Shown in pieces: positions 1 through 12,883 of a stretch of DNA of 64,000 nucleotides (its first letter is position 1; every line of letters starts with the position of its first letter). A program made the position numbers and the translations under genes. Source of the DNA: the human T2T-CHM13v2.0 reference genome, Homo sapiens. Under the pieces are notes generated by a model. It saw only the letters and a list, made by a program, of their open reading frames with translations, was not told where the DNA came from and did no database searches. The DNA lies in NCBI RefSeq assembly GCF_009914755.1, contig NC_060937.1; one strand, given 5' to 3'.

Positions 1-250
1 ATGTGAAGATGGAGGTAGAAATTGGAGTGAAGCATCTGCAAGAAAAGGAACTCCAGGGATTGCCAGCAGCCACCAGAAGCTACAAGACGCATGGAATGAA
101 TTCTCCCTCGGAGCCTCTAGAAGGAACCCACACTTCTGACGCCTTGATTTCTGACTTATGGCCTCCATAATTATGAGGGGATACATTTCTATCATTTTAA
201 ACCACTAGGTTCATGGTAATTTGTTGTGGGAACCCTAAGAAACAAATACA
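1..250 (+). mobile_element. MaLR LTR 3' part (MLT1B/C/D-like), truncated by window start
   Basis: Typical MLT1 motifs 'atgtgaagatggagg..agaaattggagtga', 'ccaccagaagct', 'gccttgatttctgactt', ending 'aacaaataca'. Confidence 0.8.
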
Positions 251-781
251 GTGAAGTTACATCATTTTGCCTCAGGGGAAAAGGATAGACTTAGTTCCCT
301 TCTCATTATTCTTTGCTCAGTTAAACTCTCTCATCTTTCATATATCAGCTTGTTATTTCTTCTGGAAAGACTTCCCTGCGTCCCAGACTGTTACATCTTC
401 CATGGTATCCTATAGATCCTCGATGAAGAAACTCACCCATTTTATACAATTATTCTTTTGATGCCTCACCTTGTGTGTATGTTCCTTGTTTATTTCAGTA
501 TCCTGTAGAAACTAGTAAAGTGCTTGGCACATAGACACTTAATAAATATTTATTGCTTCACAGAGAGGAGAGGGGATGGCATTTGAAAAAGTTAGCAGGA
601 TTTAGCTAGGAGCAAAATGGGATTCTATAGAAGAAAGGGATCTTGTAAAGATATGCAGGAATGAACACTTATGGTCCAATGAGAAAATGAGTTTAGAATA
701 AACTATCTGGAGAGTTGGGGGAAGACAAGAATATAACATTCATTTGGGTCAGAGTATGAAGGGCTGGGTCTCCCATGCTAA

Positions 782-1064
<283 letters not shown>

Positions 1065-1083
1065 AGCACGTTGTCTTTAAGGC

Positions 1084-1518
1084 CAGGACTTAGGAACTCG
1101 AGTTCTTATAGATGGTATTAAAGAGTGAAGTGTACAAAGTACTTCATTTTCTTCTTAATTATGCTCTGAGAACAAACAACCATAATAAACACCATAATAA
1201 ATAGCATCTGACTGGGAGGACACAAGAGAGTCATGGAAAGTGCGGTAACCCAGGAAGCATGTGCTCTGTTTATAGGCAGCAGGATTTTCAGCTTCTGCTT
1301 ATTGTTTCCTTGTGGGAACATGGGCACAGTGTTGTCAGATATTATAATTTTTTTGCAAAAGAATCCACAAACCTAAAATTTTATATAAAAAGAACTGGCT
1401 TGTAAATTTGGACAACCATTTCATTTTTAAAAAAGACTGTGCATACCCATGCTGAGAGGACCTAACAAAATGTATCTGTAAACTGAATATAATTTGAGAA
1501 ACACAAGTTTGTGACCCC
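1084..1518 (-). mobile_element. MER102-like non-autonomous hAT relic
   Basis: 'gggcacagtgttgtcagat..aagaatccacaaacc..ttttatataaaa' and terminal 'gtttgtgacccct' resemble the reverse of MER102. Confidence 0.55.
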
Positions 1519-1814
1519 TTTTAATCAATTGGAAGAATAAATATCTATGAAGAAACTTCACTAATATTCTCTGTCTGGGTCTATGTCGGTCTGGCCACTC
1601 ATCAAAGGGTTGGAAAGCAATGATATGTGATTAATAACAAAATTGTGATATAACGTGAATGGCATTCTATCTTTGATGATTCAGAAGGCATTTTAGGGTC
1701 TTGTGAGGCTCCAGAGTTAAACTGATGATAACCAATTTTGGTTGTGTTATAGAACAGAAGTGCTCTTGCTCTCAGTATAAAATGTGAATTAATAGAATGC
1801 AATAACATTAATTT

Positions 1815-1925
1815 TTTATTCACGAATTCAAAAATACATTTAGTGAGTGCATTCTGAATGCCAAGCACAGGAGAGAGCACTGACAAATATAGCAAAAATC
1901 TCCGCCCTCAAAGGACCTTTCATTT
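1815..1925 (-). mobile_element. L2 3' end fragment
   Basis: 'attcaaaaatacatttagtgagtgcattctgaatgccaagcac' matches reversed L2 tail. Confidence 0.55.
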
Positions 1926-2194
1926 GATACACTTTTCTAAATGGATGGAGTCATCATTTCTATATACTTCACCACACAGTCACATGCTTTAAAATAGCAT
2001 TGGTCCCTTCAAGTGCTCCTGTTTAGAAGGATAATTATATTGTGCTGGTCTTTCATTAGCTTTCTCTAATGGTGTTCTTGTTTCCTGTGCTCAATTTATT
2101 AGCTTGTGTTGATTAGAATTCCAGAAATATCCTTGAATATACTATAACTTCAATTTTACAAATAAATAAAATTGCAACCAATAATTTTATCTAT

Positions 2195-2385
2195 TTTTCA
2201 TTCAACACATATTTATTATCTACTATATGCCAGGACTTAGGTACATGGAATCCTAGAAATTTCACAGTCAACAAAATAGACATGGTCCTTACAAGGCTTT
2301 CCATTTAATATGGGAGATGGACATTCAATGAATAAGTATATAGTTAGACATTTTGTTACAATTGTATTTATCTTTAAGTGCTCAG
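2195..2385 (-). mobile_element. L2 3' fragment
   Basis: 'cattcaacacatatttattatctactatatgccagg..aatagacatggtcct'. Confidence 0.65.
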
Positions 2386-2390
2386 GAAGC

Positions 2391-2527
2391 ATTTTATTTT
2401 ATATTTTCCATAGGTTTTTGGGGAACAAATGGTATTTTGTTACATGAGTAAGTTCTTCAGTGATTTGTAGTCTTTTATCCCTCACCCCTCTCTCACACTT
2501 TCCCCTGAGTCCCCAAAGTCCATTGTA
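2391..2527 (-). mobile_element. L1PB-type 3' end fragment
   Basis: 'ttccataggtttttggggaacaaatggtattttgttacatgagtaagttctt..gagtccccaaagtccattgta' is characteristic of the L1PB 3'UTR. Confidence 0.75.
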
Positions 2528-3877
2528 ATTTATGAATAGCTTTTGTGAGCTGGACTATAACTACATGTGACTGTTGGAATTTTTTGACTTTATTTGACAA
2601 GCTATTAATGCCAAATTAACTTTGCTTGTAAAACCTTCGAATTAAAAAGGAAGTAATAAATATTTTACATAAATGTTTTCTTTAATAGGTCTAAAATGGA
2701 TTGGAAATAAAGACATTATATGAAATAATTATTGCTGGGGGCATAGTCGGACAAAATAGTGAACATGGGGCAGGAATAATGGATATATTCTTTATCTGTT
2801 TACAGAAACTTCAGGTTTAAAGAAAAATTTTTCAAATCAGTTAAAGGGGGAAATTCTCTAGAGTTATTTCAACATCCTTATATAGTTTATTCAGTCTTTA
2901 GAGGAGAAATATGAATAAAAAGTAATATAGCTGTATAAGATATATAAATAATCAAGAAATGTCATAGATGTGAGATGTCATGGTGACTAGGTAAACTGAA
3001 TTCAGAAACAGTTTGGATAGCTTGGATCAGCAGTTGTATAAATGGGTAAATTTCTCTGTCAAGTTCTCTGTAGTATCTGACAAAAAGACACAGGAGTTAG
3101 CTAAGAGGGCAGGCCTGGAGCTAGTGTGGTCACAAGAGATAAGGAAAGGAGCGAGACAAAAGAGAGTAATAGAAGACACATTCCAAAATGTCATGTGGAA
3201 ATGAGAAGCACCAGGTCCTTGCCTCACCTCTTCCCACTCCTTCCCAGAAGCAATTATTCTTAATGCTTAGCTGTTTTTGCTGACATTACTGCCAATACTT
3301 ATTAACAGTAAACTCACTTCTATTTATTGATTTATCAGTTTTAGATAATAGCTAATAGTTTTTATTTTGGCAGGTGAGAAACTTGGTTTTTTATCCAGCT
3401 TCTCTCCTCCCATCCCATAAACATATTTGGTTAAATTAGTAGCTGGTGTTTATATTATGGATGGTTCAGTTTATTATTGAGCCAATTGGTTTGCTGTGAT
3501 CTTGTTTTCTTTTCCTGAGAGTTAATATTTGAATTTTTCATTTGTATATGTTTCAGTGTTCTCTGGTATTAATCTATTTCCTAAATACTCAAAAAATTTG
3601 ATAGAACCAAACATATAATTGTCAGTTGTGTTTTTTTCTTGACAATCCCTCTAGAGCCTGCTAGCTTCCTGCCTCAATCTTGGTAGCCAATCTCTTTGTC
3701 TCTTGATCTACTGCCCAGATAGTACCTTAGTATTTCTGTTTATTGTTTCCTGGATCTTATGTCTTTTTTTTTTCTTAGATTTTTGTCCTTGTTTTGCTGG
3801 AGCACATCCTATTGTAACTTCCAAAAAGTGAGACAGTTAATGGAAAGTTTTGGTTTAAAGGATATGGAACAATCTCT

Positions 3878-4460
3878 TCATTCATTGATTCAGCAAATTT
3901 TTTTTAGCACCAGCACTGTGCCTGGTATTCAATCATTTCACAGAAAAACTGATTTTATTAAGACATAAAGCAGATCATGCCACTGCTTTGTTTAAAACCC
4001 TTCAGATGCTTCCTTTTGTCCTTACAATAAATTCCAAGCTGGTTCCCAATGTCTTGCATGACTTGCCTCTACTTGGTTCCAGGAGCATATCTGTGTCTTT
4101 AGTACAACAGGGCCTTTTCCATTGCCTGAGTGGCTCTTTTCCTGGATCTTTACATGACTGGCTCCTCATTATATAAGATTTAGTTTAAATGTTATCTTCT
4201 AACAAAGGCCTTCTCTGAATGCCCTCTCTAAAAAGTCTCTGACCTCTTTTAATCTCTATCACAGTGTCTTGTTTATTACTTTCTGGCAATAATAAGTATT
4301 TTCATAAATACATTTATTTACTTTATTATTGCCTATCTCCCCTATTAGAATGTAAACTTGATGAGGGCTGGGACTTCTTTGGTTTATTCTTTATTGTGTT
4401 CTTGGAGACTAGTGTAGTGTGGGGAACAAAATAGCCTCCAGGTAAATATTTGTTGATGCC
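3878..4460 (+). mobile_element. L2 3' region (+), preceded by a short opposite-strand L2 tail (3878-3930)
   Basis: 'cagatcatgccactgctttgtttaaaacccttcag', 'tattagaatgtaaacttgatgagggc', ending 'taaatatttgttga'. Confidence 0.75.
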
Positions 4461-4599
4461 TAAGTGGCTGCAATCAATTGGAAAAATTTAGCTAAAATGA
4501 CTGGTTAATAAGACTCTAGTATTAAGGGAAAGTTGTTTAGAAAAATGAACATTTCTTCTGCATTGATGGTTCTTGTGTCTTACTCTGATCTCTTCTCAT

Positions 4600-4995
4600 C
4601 CCTGGGCCTCATGGGCTCCAGCTGCACTGACCTTGCTGTTTTCTTCAGTAAGCCGTATGTTCTGCCTGGAGTCTGCAACACAGTATTATAGTCTCTGATA
4701 TGCCTGACTGATTTCCCCTTGATCTCAAATCATCTAATCAGCTTTCAAGTTTCTGTTCCTCTGTGGAATCTGTCTTGACTTTCTAAGGGTGAGTCAAGTG
4801 GTTCCTAGGTTCCTGCACTCTCTGTATTACCTTTAACAGTACTTAGCACATCATCATTACTGCCTCTTTACTTATCTGTTGTTCATCAAAGAAATAAACT
4901 CCTAGAAAGCAGAGAGACTGAGCCTTGTTCACCCTTTGATCAGCACACACAATGGATGCCTAAAAATAGCCACTCAGTTAATATTTGTGAATCTT
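4600..4995 (+). mobile_element. L2 fragment
   Basis: 'aaactcctagaaagcagagagactgagccttgttcacc..cactcagttaatatttgtgaat'. Confidence 0.55.
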
Positions 4996-5339
4996 GTTAA
5001 AAAATATAGAGAAAATAGTATGTCAAGAAAAAATGTTTTAGAGGTAGAATGGGCAAACAGCAATCTGTTGAGAGAACTTTTTTATTTTTATGCGTTGATA
5101 TTCAGGTAGTAAGAGCATAGCCTGAAGAAAATGGCAATAATAATGTTGTGTAAGCATACAAGAAATGATGGAATGTGTAAATGCCCAAGCCACTTCAGAA
5201 AGTAGTCTTCTACTGGGAATGAGATTTCTGATCTTAATGCATGAAGAGATGCTAACTCTCAGATGAGATGGTTATGTTGATGAACACAAATGTACTCATG
5301 CACACAGTGGTAACAACTAACAGTGGGAAATTGGATGCA

Positions 5340-5455
5340 AGTTATTGTTACTCTAATACGTGCTGGGAATTGTATTAATATGCTTTATGTATATTATCTC
5401 TTCTAAAACAATAACTTAATGTCATCTCTACTTTAGAGATAAGAAGTAGGGAAGC
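5340..5455 (-). mobile_element. MIR fragment
   Basis: 'tgctttatgtatattatctc..catctctactttagagataagaa' resembles reversed MIR core. Confidence 0.45.
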
Positions 5456-5502
5456 CATTTCTTGGTTTCCACCTCTGACAGACTTCAAAATTTTGTTCCT
5501 CT

Positions 5503-8476
5503 GAAATGAACACTGAGATTCAAAAAACCACACAAAAGGTCAACAAATCCAGGGTTTGGGGTCTTTTTCTGAAAGAATAAATAAGATTGATAGATTGCTA
5601 GCTAGACTTCTACTAGCCCTATGAAAATAAAAAGAAATCTCTAACACACAATGGGAAATTTAAGCCAAAACTACTATGAACACCTCTATGCACGTAAACT
5701 AGAAGACCTAGAAGAAATGGATAAATTCCTGGAAACACAATCTCCTAAGATTGAACTAGGAAGACATTCAATCCCTCAACAAACCAATAATCAGTTCCAA
5801 AATTGAATCAGTAAAAAAAAAAAAAAAAATGCCTACCAACAAAAAAGCCTAGGACCTAATGGATTCATTGCTGAATTCTACTAGATGTATAAAGAAAAGG
5901 TGGTACCATTCCTACTGAAACTATTCCAACAAAACTGAAAAAGAGTCTCCTCCCTAATGCATTCCATGAGTCCAGCACCATCCCGATACCAAAACCTGGT
6001 GGAGATACAACAAAAAAGGAAAACTTCACGCCAATTCCCTTGATGAACATACATGCAAAAATCCTCAAAGAAAGCTAGCAAACTGAATCCAGCAGCACAT
6101 TAAAAAGGTAATCCATCATGATCAAATAGGCTTTATTACTGGGATGTAAGTTTAGTTCAACATATATAATCAATAAATGTGATTAATCACATAGAACTAA
6201 AGACAAAAACCCACATGATCATCTCAATGGATGCAGAAAAGGCTTTCAATAAAATTCAACATTTCTTCATGTTAAAAACCCTTAAAGAACTAGGCATTGA
6301 TGGAACACACTTCAAAATATGGGAGCCATTTATGGCAAACCCACTGCCAACATCATACTGAATGGGCAAAAGATGAAAGCATCTTCCTTGAGAACTAACA
6401 CAAGACAAAGATGCCCTCTCTCACTACTCCTATTTAACATAGTACTGGAAGTCCTATCCAGAGCAATCAGGCAAGGGAAAGAAATAAAAAAGGCATCCAA
6501 ATAGGAAGAGAGAAAGTCAAACTCTTCCTGTGTCTAGATGACATGATTCTATAGCCAGAAAACCCCATAGTCTCTGCCCAAAAGCTCCTAGATCTGATAA
6601 ACAGCTTCAGCAAAGTTTCAGGATACAAAATCAACGCACAAAACTAGTAGCATTTCTATACACCAAAAATGTCCAAGCTGAAAACCAAATCAGGAACTTA
6701 ATCCCTCTCACAATAGCCACAAAAAGAATAAAATACATAGCAATACAGCTAACTAGGGAGGTGAAAGATCTCTACAACAGTACTTACAAAATACTGCTTA
6801 AAGAAATCAGAGATTATACAAACAAATGGAAAAACATTCCATTCTCATGGACAGGAAGATTCAATATTGTTAAAATGGCCATGTTATTGCCTGAAACAAT
6901 TTGCACATTCAATACTATTCCTGTCAAACTACCAATGACATTCTTCACAGACTTAGAAAAAACTAGCTGAAAATTCATATGGAACCAAAAAGACTGAGTA
7001 GCCAAGGCAATCCTAAGCAAAAAGAGCTAAGCTGGAGGCATCACTTTATCCAGACTATACTATAGGACTATAGTAACCAAAACAGCATGGTACTGGTACA
7101 AAAATAGACACATAGACCAATGGAAGAGACTAGAGAGCCCAGAAATAATGATGCACACCTATGACCATCTGATCTTTGATAAAGCTGACAAAAACAAGCA
7201 ATGGGAAAAGGACTCCCTATTCAATAAATGGTGCTGGGATAACTGGCTGGTCACATGTGGAAGATTGAAACTGGACCCTTTCCTGACACCGTATACAAAA
7301 ATCAACTCGAGATGGTTAGATGAAAGACTTAAATGTGAAACCTAAAGCTATAAAAACTCTGGAAGATAACCAAGGAAATACCATTCTGGACATAGGCCCT
7401 AGCAAAGTTTTCATGACAAAGATGCCAAAAACAATTGCAACAAAAACAAAAATTGATAACGGGGATCTAATTAAACTAGAGTTTCTGTCCAGCAAAAGAA
7501 ACCATCAACAGAGTAAACAGACAACAGAATGGGAGAAAGTAGTTACGAATCACACATCTAACAAAGGTCTAATATCTGGAATCTATAAGGAACTTAAACA
7601 ATTGAACAAGCCAAAAACAAATAACCCCATTAAAAAGTGGGCAAAGGACATGAAGAGACACTTTTCAAAGGAGACATACACACAGCCAACAAGCATATGA
7701 AAAAATGTTCAACATCACTAATCATCAGAGAAATGCAAGTTGAAACCACAATGAGACACCATCTCACACCAGTCAGAATGGCTGTTATTAAAAAGTAAAA
7801 ACAAAAACAAAAACAAAAAAAACAGATACTGGTGATATTGTGGAGAAAAGGGAATGCTTATAAATTACTATTGGGAATATAAATTATTCAGTCATTGTGG
7901 AAAGAAGTTTGGTGATTTTTCAAAGGACTTAGAGCTACCATTCAACCCAGCAATCCCATTATTGAGTATTCACCTGAAGGAATATAAATCATTCTACCAT
8001 AAAGACATGCATGCATATGTTCATCACGGTACAATAGCAAAGACATGGAGTCAACCTAGATGCCCATCAATAGTAGACTGGATAAAGAAAATGTGGTACA
8101 TATATATCATGGAACACTACATAGCCATAAAAAAGAACAAGATTATGTCCTTTGCAGCAATTTGGATAGACCTGGAGGCCATTATGCAAAGCAAACTAAC
8201 ACAGGAACAGAAAACCAAATACTACATGTTCTCACTTATAAGTGAGAGCTAAACATTGAGTATGTATGGACACAAAGAAGGGAACAAAAGACACTGGGCC
8301 TACTTGAGGGCAGAGGGTGGGAGGAGGGTGAGGATTGAAAAACTACCTATTGGGTATTATGCTTATTACATGGGTGATAAAATCTATACACCAAAACCCT
8401 GTGACACATTTTAACTATATAAGAACCTGAACATGTACCCCTCGACCTAAAATAAAAGTTAAATAAATAAATAAAA
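5503..8476 (+). mobile_element. 5'-truncated primate L1 (L1PA15/16-like): disabled ORF2 (RT and C-terminal region), 3'UTR and A-rich tail
   Basis: ORF fragments match L1 ORF2p ([17 protein letters not shown]; [18 protein letters not shown]; [13 protein letters not shown]; [14 protein letters not shown]; WSQPRCPSIVDWIKKMWYIY) with many stops/frameshifts; G-rich 3'UTR; 'aaataaaagttaaataaataa' tail. Confidence 0.93.
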
Positions 8477-8519
8477 ACTGTCATCTTTTCTTTGTACTAT
8501 TTTTTAAAAATTAATTCTG

Positions 8520-9065
8520 GTGATGGTAACAATGTGGATTTGTTCCTGAACTCTATTATATGCCAATGACCTATTTGTTTATCCTTGTATTAATACCATA
8601 TTGTCTTAGTTATTAGTGTTTTATGTAAGCCTTGCTATTTTGTGATGTAAGTTTAATTTTCTTCTCATTCTTCTCCCCATTTTTTTCCTCTCTTCCTTCT
8701 CCTTCTCCTTTCTCCTTTTCTTCTTAGCCTTTTTTCCTTCATGTTCCTCTTTCAAGATTATCTTGGCTATTCCTGACTCATTGCATTTCTACATAAATTT
8801 TATAATCTCATCAATTTCCACCAAAATTTCTGGAAATTTTATCGGAATGATCGAATTTGTAAAATAACTTGGAAATAACTGCTTTATAAAATCAAGTCTC
8901 TAGGTCTATGGATGTGGGATATCCCTCTGTTCATGTAGGTCTTAATTTTTCTTATGTATGTCTTTAATGTTTCGTGGTTTTCTGAATGTATGTTTTGCCT
9001 TATTTTCTTCCATGTATTCCAAGATAATCTCATGGTGGATGCCATTGTAAACAGTTTTTAACATT
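8520..9065 (-). mobile_element. Old L1M (L1ME-like) ORF2 fragment
   Basis: 'ttcaagattatcttggctattc..catttctacataaatttt' is a standard antisense L1M ORF2 signature. Confidence 0.65.
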
Positions 9066-9179
9066 TAATTTAAAAATTAAAAAATTTAAATATATTTTTT
9101 TAAGGTTTAATTTTTAAATATCTAATTACCACTATATAATTTATTTGTTGCTTTTAGCTGTCATGTACTACATTTGCTG

Positions 9180-9340
9180 GCTCTTTCTACTGGCTAGAAT
9201 GTACACTCCTTACATTCTAACTATATAACTACAATAAAGTAGGAGACTATTTGTCTATTTTGGTTTACTCATGTATCCCAGTACATAAAATAGTGCCCCA
9301 TATTTAGTAAGTAGTCAACACATATTTGTTGAATAAATAA
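9180..9340 (+). mobile_element. L2 3' end
   Basis: 'tgtatcccagtacataaaatagtgcc..catatttgttgaataaat'. Confidence 0.6.
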
Positions 9341-9369
9341 ATTATTGAATAGATAATAAATCAATGAAT

Positions 9370-9660
9370 AGTGTATTTAGTAGTTAGGAGCACAGATTTT
9401 GGAATCAAACTAACTGGATTCAAATCTGGCCATTATCCTTACTAAATTAACTGAGTATGCAAACACACACACACACACAAATTTATATTTATAATTGTAT
9501 CTGACATATCTCAATCTTTTGAGATAAATACTATCTTTGTTGACATTTTATTATGAGTAGATTGAAACTTACAGTGGTGAATTGGTAAGAGGCACACAGT
9601 AAATGGCAGAGCTGGGATACAAATTCAATTCCATTTGACAATTAATTTAATGCTCATACT
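9370..9660. mobile_element. Two MIR fragments in opposite orientations (9370-9450 +, 9480-9660 -) around a short (CA)n
   Basis: 'tagtagttaggagcacagattttggaatcaaactaactggattcaaatc' (+); 'gtaaatggcagagctgggatacaaattca' (-). Confidence 0.6.
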
Positions 9661-9664
9661 TTTC

Positions 9665-10349
9665 TTTGTGCTTTATGATACTTTTGAAATTTTATTTTCT
9701 TATTTCTCTTATGTTTGCTTTAAATCTTGTTACATTGACCAGAAATTTCAGCTCTAATGACAGTGGTAATGAGGCATCCCTGATTAATATAGGGAGTTTG
9801 GACCATTCAAGCAAAAACCTCAAATGTCCATTGTTAATTGCTATGCTGATTTGAAGTATCCATTCTTCATAAGGTTTCAGGCCTATCCTCCTCTTCTAGA
9901 GTTTTAATTAATCAACAAAGTTTAATTTTACCAACTATCTATGTTATTTAAGTGATCTTAGAAGGATAAATAAGGTAGTCAATGTGAATACCTGTTTAAT
10001 CTTATGAAGAAAACTGCTGGTAAATTGTAGGTACCATAATATAGTGATAATCTGAGGTGTGCCTATTGCTGTAATATCAGGGATACTTTGATGTAAACTT
10101 CAGTTTTAACTATATACAGTAATTCCCAAATGCTATTTGCATTTCCATTTTTGTTGATAGTACACTGAAGTGCAATGGATTCTGTACAGTCATTGGATCT
10201 ATTAATCTTGCTTAATTCAATGATTATTTCTGAAGGTTACCTGTAGATGCTCTGAATTTTCTATTTAAACTATCTGTAAACAATGACAGCTTTATGTTTT
10301 CTTTCTAATTCTTTGTACTTCTCATTCCTTTCTCCTGCTTTACTGTATT
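9665..10349 (-). mobile_element. Old L1M fragments
   Basis: 'tatctgtaaacaatgacagctttatgttttctttctaattctt..ctgctttactgtattgactagg' matches antisense L1 ORF2. Confidence 0.6.
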
Positions 10350-10357
10350 GACTAGGG

Positions 10358-12883
10358 CAGTGGTTCCCAACCTTCTTGGCAACAGGGATGAGCTTCATGG
10401 AAGACAATTTTTCCACTGACTGGTGGCGGGTGAATTGTCTCGATATGATTCAAGCACATTGCATTTATTGTACACTTTATTTCTACTGTTATTACGTTGT
10501 AATATGTGATGAAATATTTTTACCACTCATAATGTAGAATCAGTGAGAGCTCTGAGCTTGTTTTCCTGTAACTAGCCAGTCCCATCTGGGGTGATGGGAG
10601 ATAGTGACACCAGAAGTGTGTTGTTTATGTCCAGTCTACTCCATAATCTCATTTTGGTTGCTGTCACTGCAGGAAACCCTGCATCAAAGACACAGGATAT
10701 TGGAAATGGAAGCAGAGTTTTCAGTGCTTTTGTGACAGTCTCACAATATTCTGCCTTGACTTTCATCCAGAAAGTATGGAGATCTGAAGTTGTCTCAAAC
10801 ATACTGTTAAGGTTACCATCATTTGTAATCTCAAGCAGTTAATCCTCTTCTAGCACAGACAAAGTCGATTCACCTGGATTATTCACAAATTGATTGTGGA
10901 TCCCTTCCCTCTCAGTTCAGGCGTCTTTTGTGGTTGGCAAGTAATGCTCAAGCCCTTTTGAAAACTGAGACAGGTGATCATGCACCAGCTGGGGGAAAGA
11001 AGGCCCTGGGTCCATCTCTTTCAAAATCTCTGCTAATGTTTGAAACATGTCAGAAATTCAAATATTCACTTGTCACTCCCATAATCCCAGTTTGATTTTG
11101 AATGCAGCCACTTTATCTGCCGACTTGAACACAGTTGTCATTCTCCCCTGAAGTGACAGATTGAGTTTCTTGAGCAGGTTGAATATGTCACACAAGTAAG
11201 CAAATTTTGTGACTCATTCTTTGCCACTAAAATCTGCTGCCAAGTAGTGACTGCTTTTCTAAAAGAAATCTCTGGACTTGCTCTTGTAACTAAAAAACTC
11301 TGGCCAGTGGTTTACCTTTAGAAAGCAATCTCACTTCTGTGTATAAGAGAAAACATGTGCTATGCGTCCATCTCCTCACAGAGATGAGTGAACGGATGTG
11401 AGTTAAGGCCATGTACTTTAATGTGGTTGATAACTTAATCACATCCTGCAAAATGTTAAGTTCAGGTGATGTTTTTGGCTAGCCAGCTTTTCTCTCTGGA
11501 TGACACAGTGTGTAGAGTCACATTCAGAAGCCATCTCTTTGGCCTGAGTAGTGAAACCAGAAGGTCCTCTAGTTATGGCAGCCTCTCCATGTATGCATAT
11601 ACTCACACAAATTGATCAGTTCAGTTTTCCTGAAATGTCGTTATTCAAGACTTGAATAATTCAGTTGCGGTGTTGGTTGGCAACAAAAGCGCACATAACA
11701 TATCCTCATGCACATCCTCCTGAAAAATATATTGCGCAAAACAAGCATTGTTGCCTTGTCAACATCGGTAGACTCATCAACCTGGATTGCGTAACATGGT
11801 GACTCATTAATCCTCTTTACCAACTGTGCCTCAATGTCCTCTACTACTTCATCAGTTCGTCTAGTTATGGTGCTAGCCAAAAGGGGAAGGCGTGTCACCT
11901 TTTGAAGGGCATCCTCTCCTAGAAGTTCAAGACAAATGTTCTTAGCAGCAGGCAGGATCAACTCTTCACTAATGCTAAATGGCTTCTTAGCTTAGCAGTG
12001 TGGTTAGCCACTAAAAATGATCGTTTCAGTGTAGACACATTTGATGAAGTGGTGGCCTTCAATAATTGCTTCTGCTCTTTGTGTTCACTTTACTTAAAAA
12101 CAAAAAACAAAAAAACAAAACAAAAAAAACAACTCCAAAGTTGTGTCTTTTAATGCAGGGTGATTGGTCTCCGTGAGGCAAAGCAGTTTTGAAAGATTCA
12201 TGGCTTTGTTGGATGAGCTTGGAGAATGTGAACACTTGTTGCAGTGAACACGTAATTCAAGTAGGACTCTTGGTATTTTCTATTAAATGCAGCTTTTTTT
12301 GGATTGGCAGTCTCAGAGTCTTCTGCTGGCTCATCACTGGGTCTTTCCTCCTTTTCAAAGAAGCTCTCCAGGGCGTTTTGTCCTCATTTTGGCTAGGGTT
12401 AGCTTGTGGGCTTACCAAAACTGTGACTGAGACAAGTGTTGTGCAGTGTGGGAAAGAGGTGTGAATGGAAGTGGTAAATAAAATAATGGGTGGGCCATAT
12501 GCAGACTAAAATAAGTGTTGGATTCTGACTTAGCCTCCCACCAGATGCAGCTGTACCATTGAAGTACGTCAACTCACTTGCCACTATAAAGCCTGCCACC
12601 ACTTCAGCTCTACCTCAGATCATCAGGCATTAGATTCTCATAAGGAGCACACAACCTGGATTCCTCGCATGCATAGTGCACAATAGGTTTTGCACTCCTG
12701 TGAGAATCTAATGCCACCACTGATCTGATAGGAGTCAGAGCTCAGGTGGTAATGTGATCAATGGGGAGTGGCTATACATACAGATGAAACTTCCCTTGCT
12801 CACTCACTGCTCACCTCTTGCTATGTGGCCTTGTTCTGGTAGTGGCTGCTACCAATCTGTGGCCCAGGGGTTGGGGACTCCTG
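10358..12883 (-). mobile_element. Near full-length Charlie3-like hAT DNA transposon (autonomous partner of MER1)
   Basis: TIRs cagtggttcccaacc / ggttggggactcctg (12/15 complementary); degenerate 8-bp TSD gactaggg (10350-10357) / aactagga (12884-12891); MER1-like ends; internal transposase remnants. Confidence 0.9.
10572..12387 (-). pseudogene. Disabled Buster/Charlie-type hAT transposase
   Basis: Minus-strand peptides AAFNRKYQESYLNYVF (N-terminal), ILPAAKNICLELLGE..LASTITRR..AIQVDESTDV (catalytic D region), FWMKVKAEY..ALKTLLPFP..AGF (hAT dimerisation domain); frameshifted. Confidence 0.85.

Noticed and set aside
1091-1108. Short palindromes (gaactcgagttc; also 26125-26145 and ~27050-27067)
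   Set aside because: Arms of 6-9 bp are within chance expectation for this length and composition
5865-8252. Cluster of 60-132 aa ORFs
   Set aside because: Fragments of decayed L1 ORF2 or their antisense frames, not a host gene
9068-9119. 14-bp inverted repeat atttaaaaattaaa / tttaatttttaaat
   Set aside because: Pure A/T low-complexity sequence; chance symmetry likely
10572-12602. ORFs resembling ZBED5/SCAND3
   Set aside because: They lie between TIRs and a TSD and are broken by frameshifts: transposon fossil, not a domesticated gene
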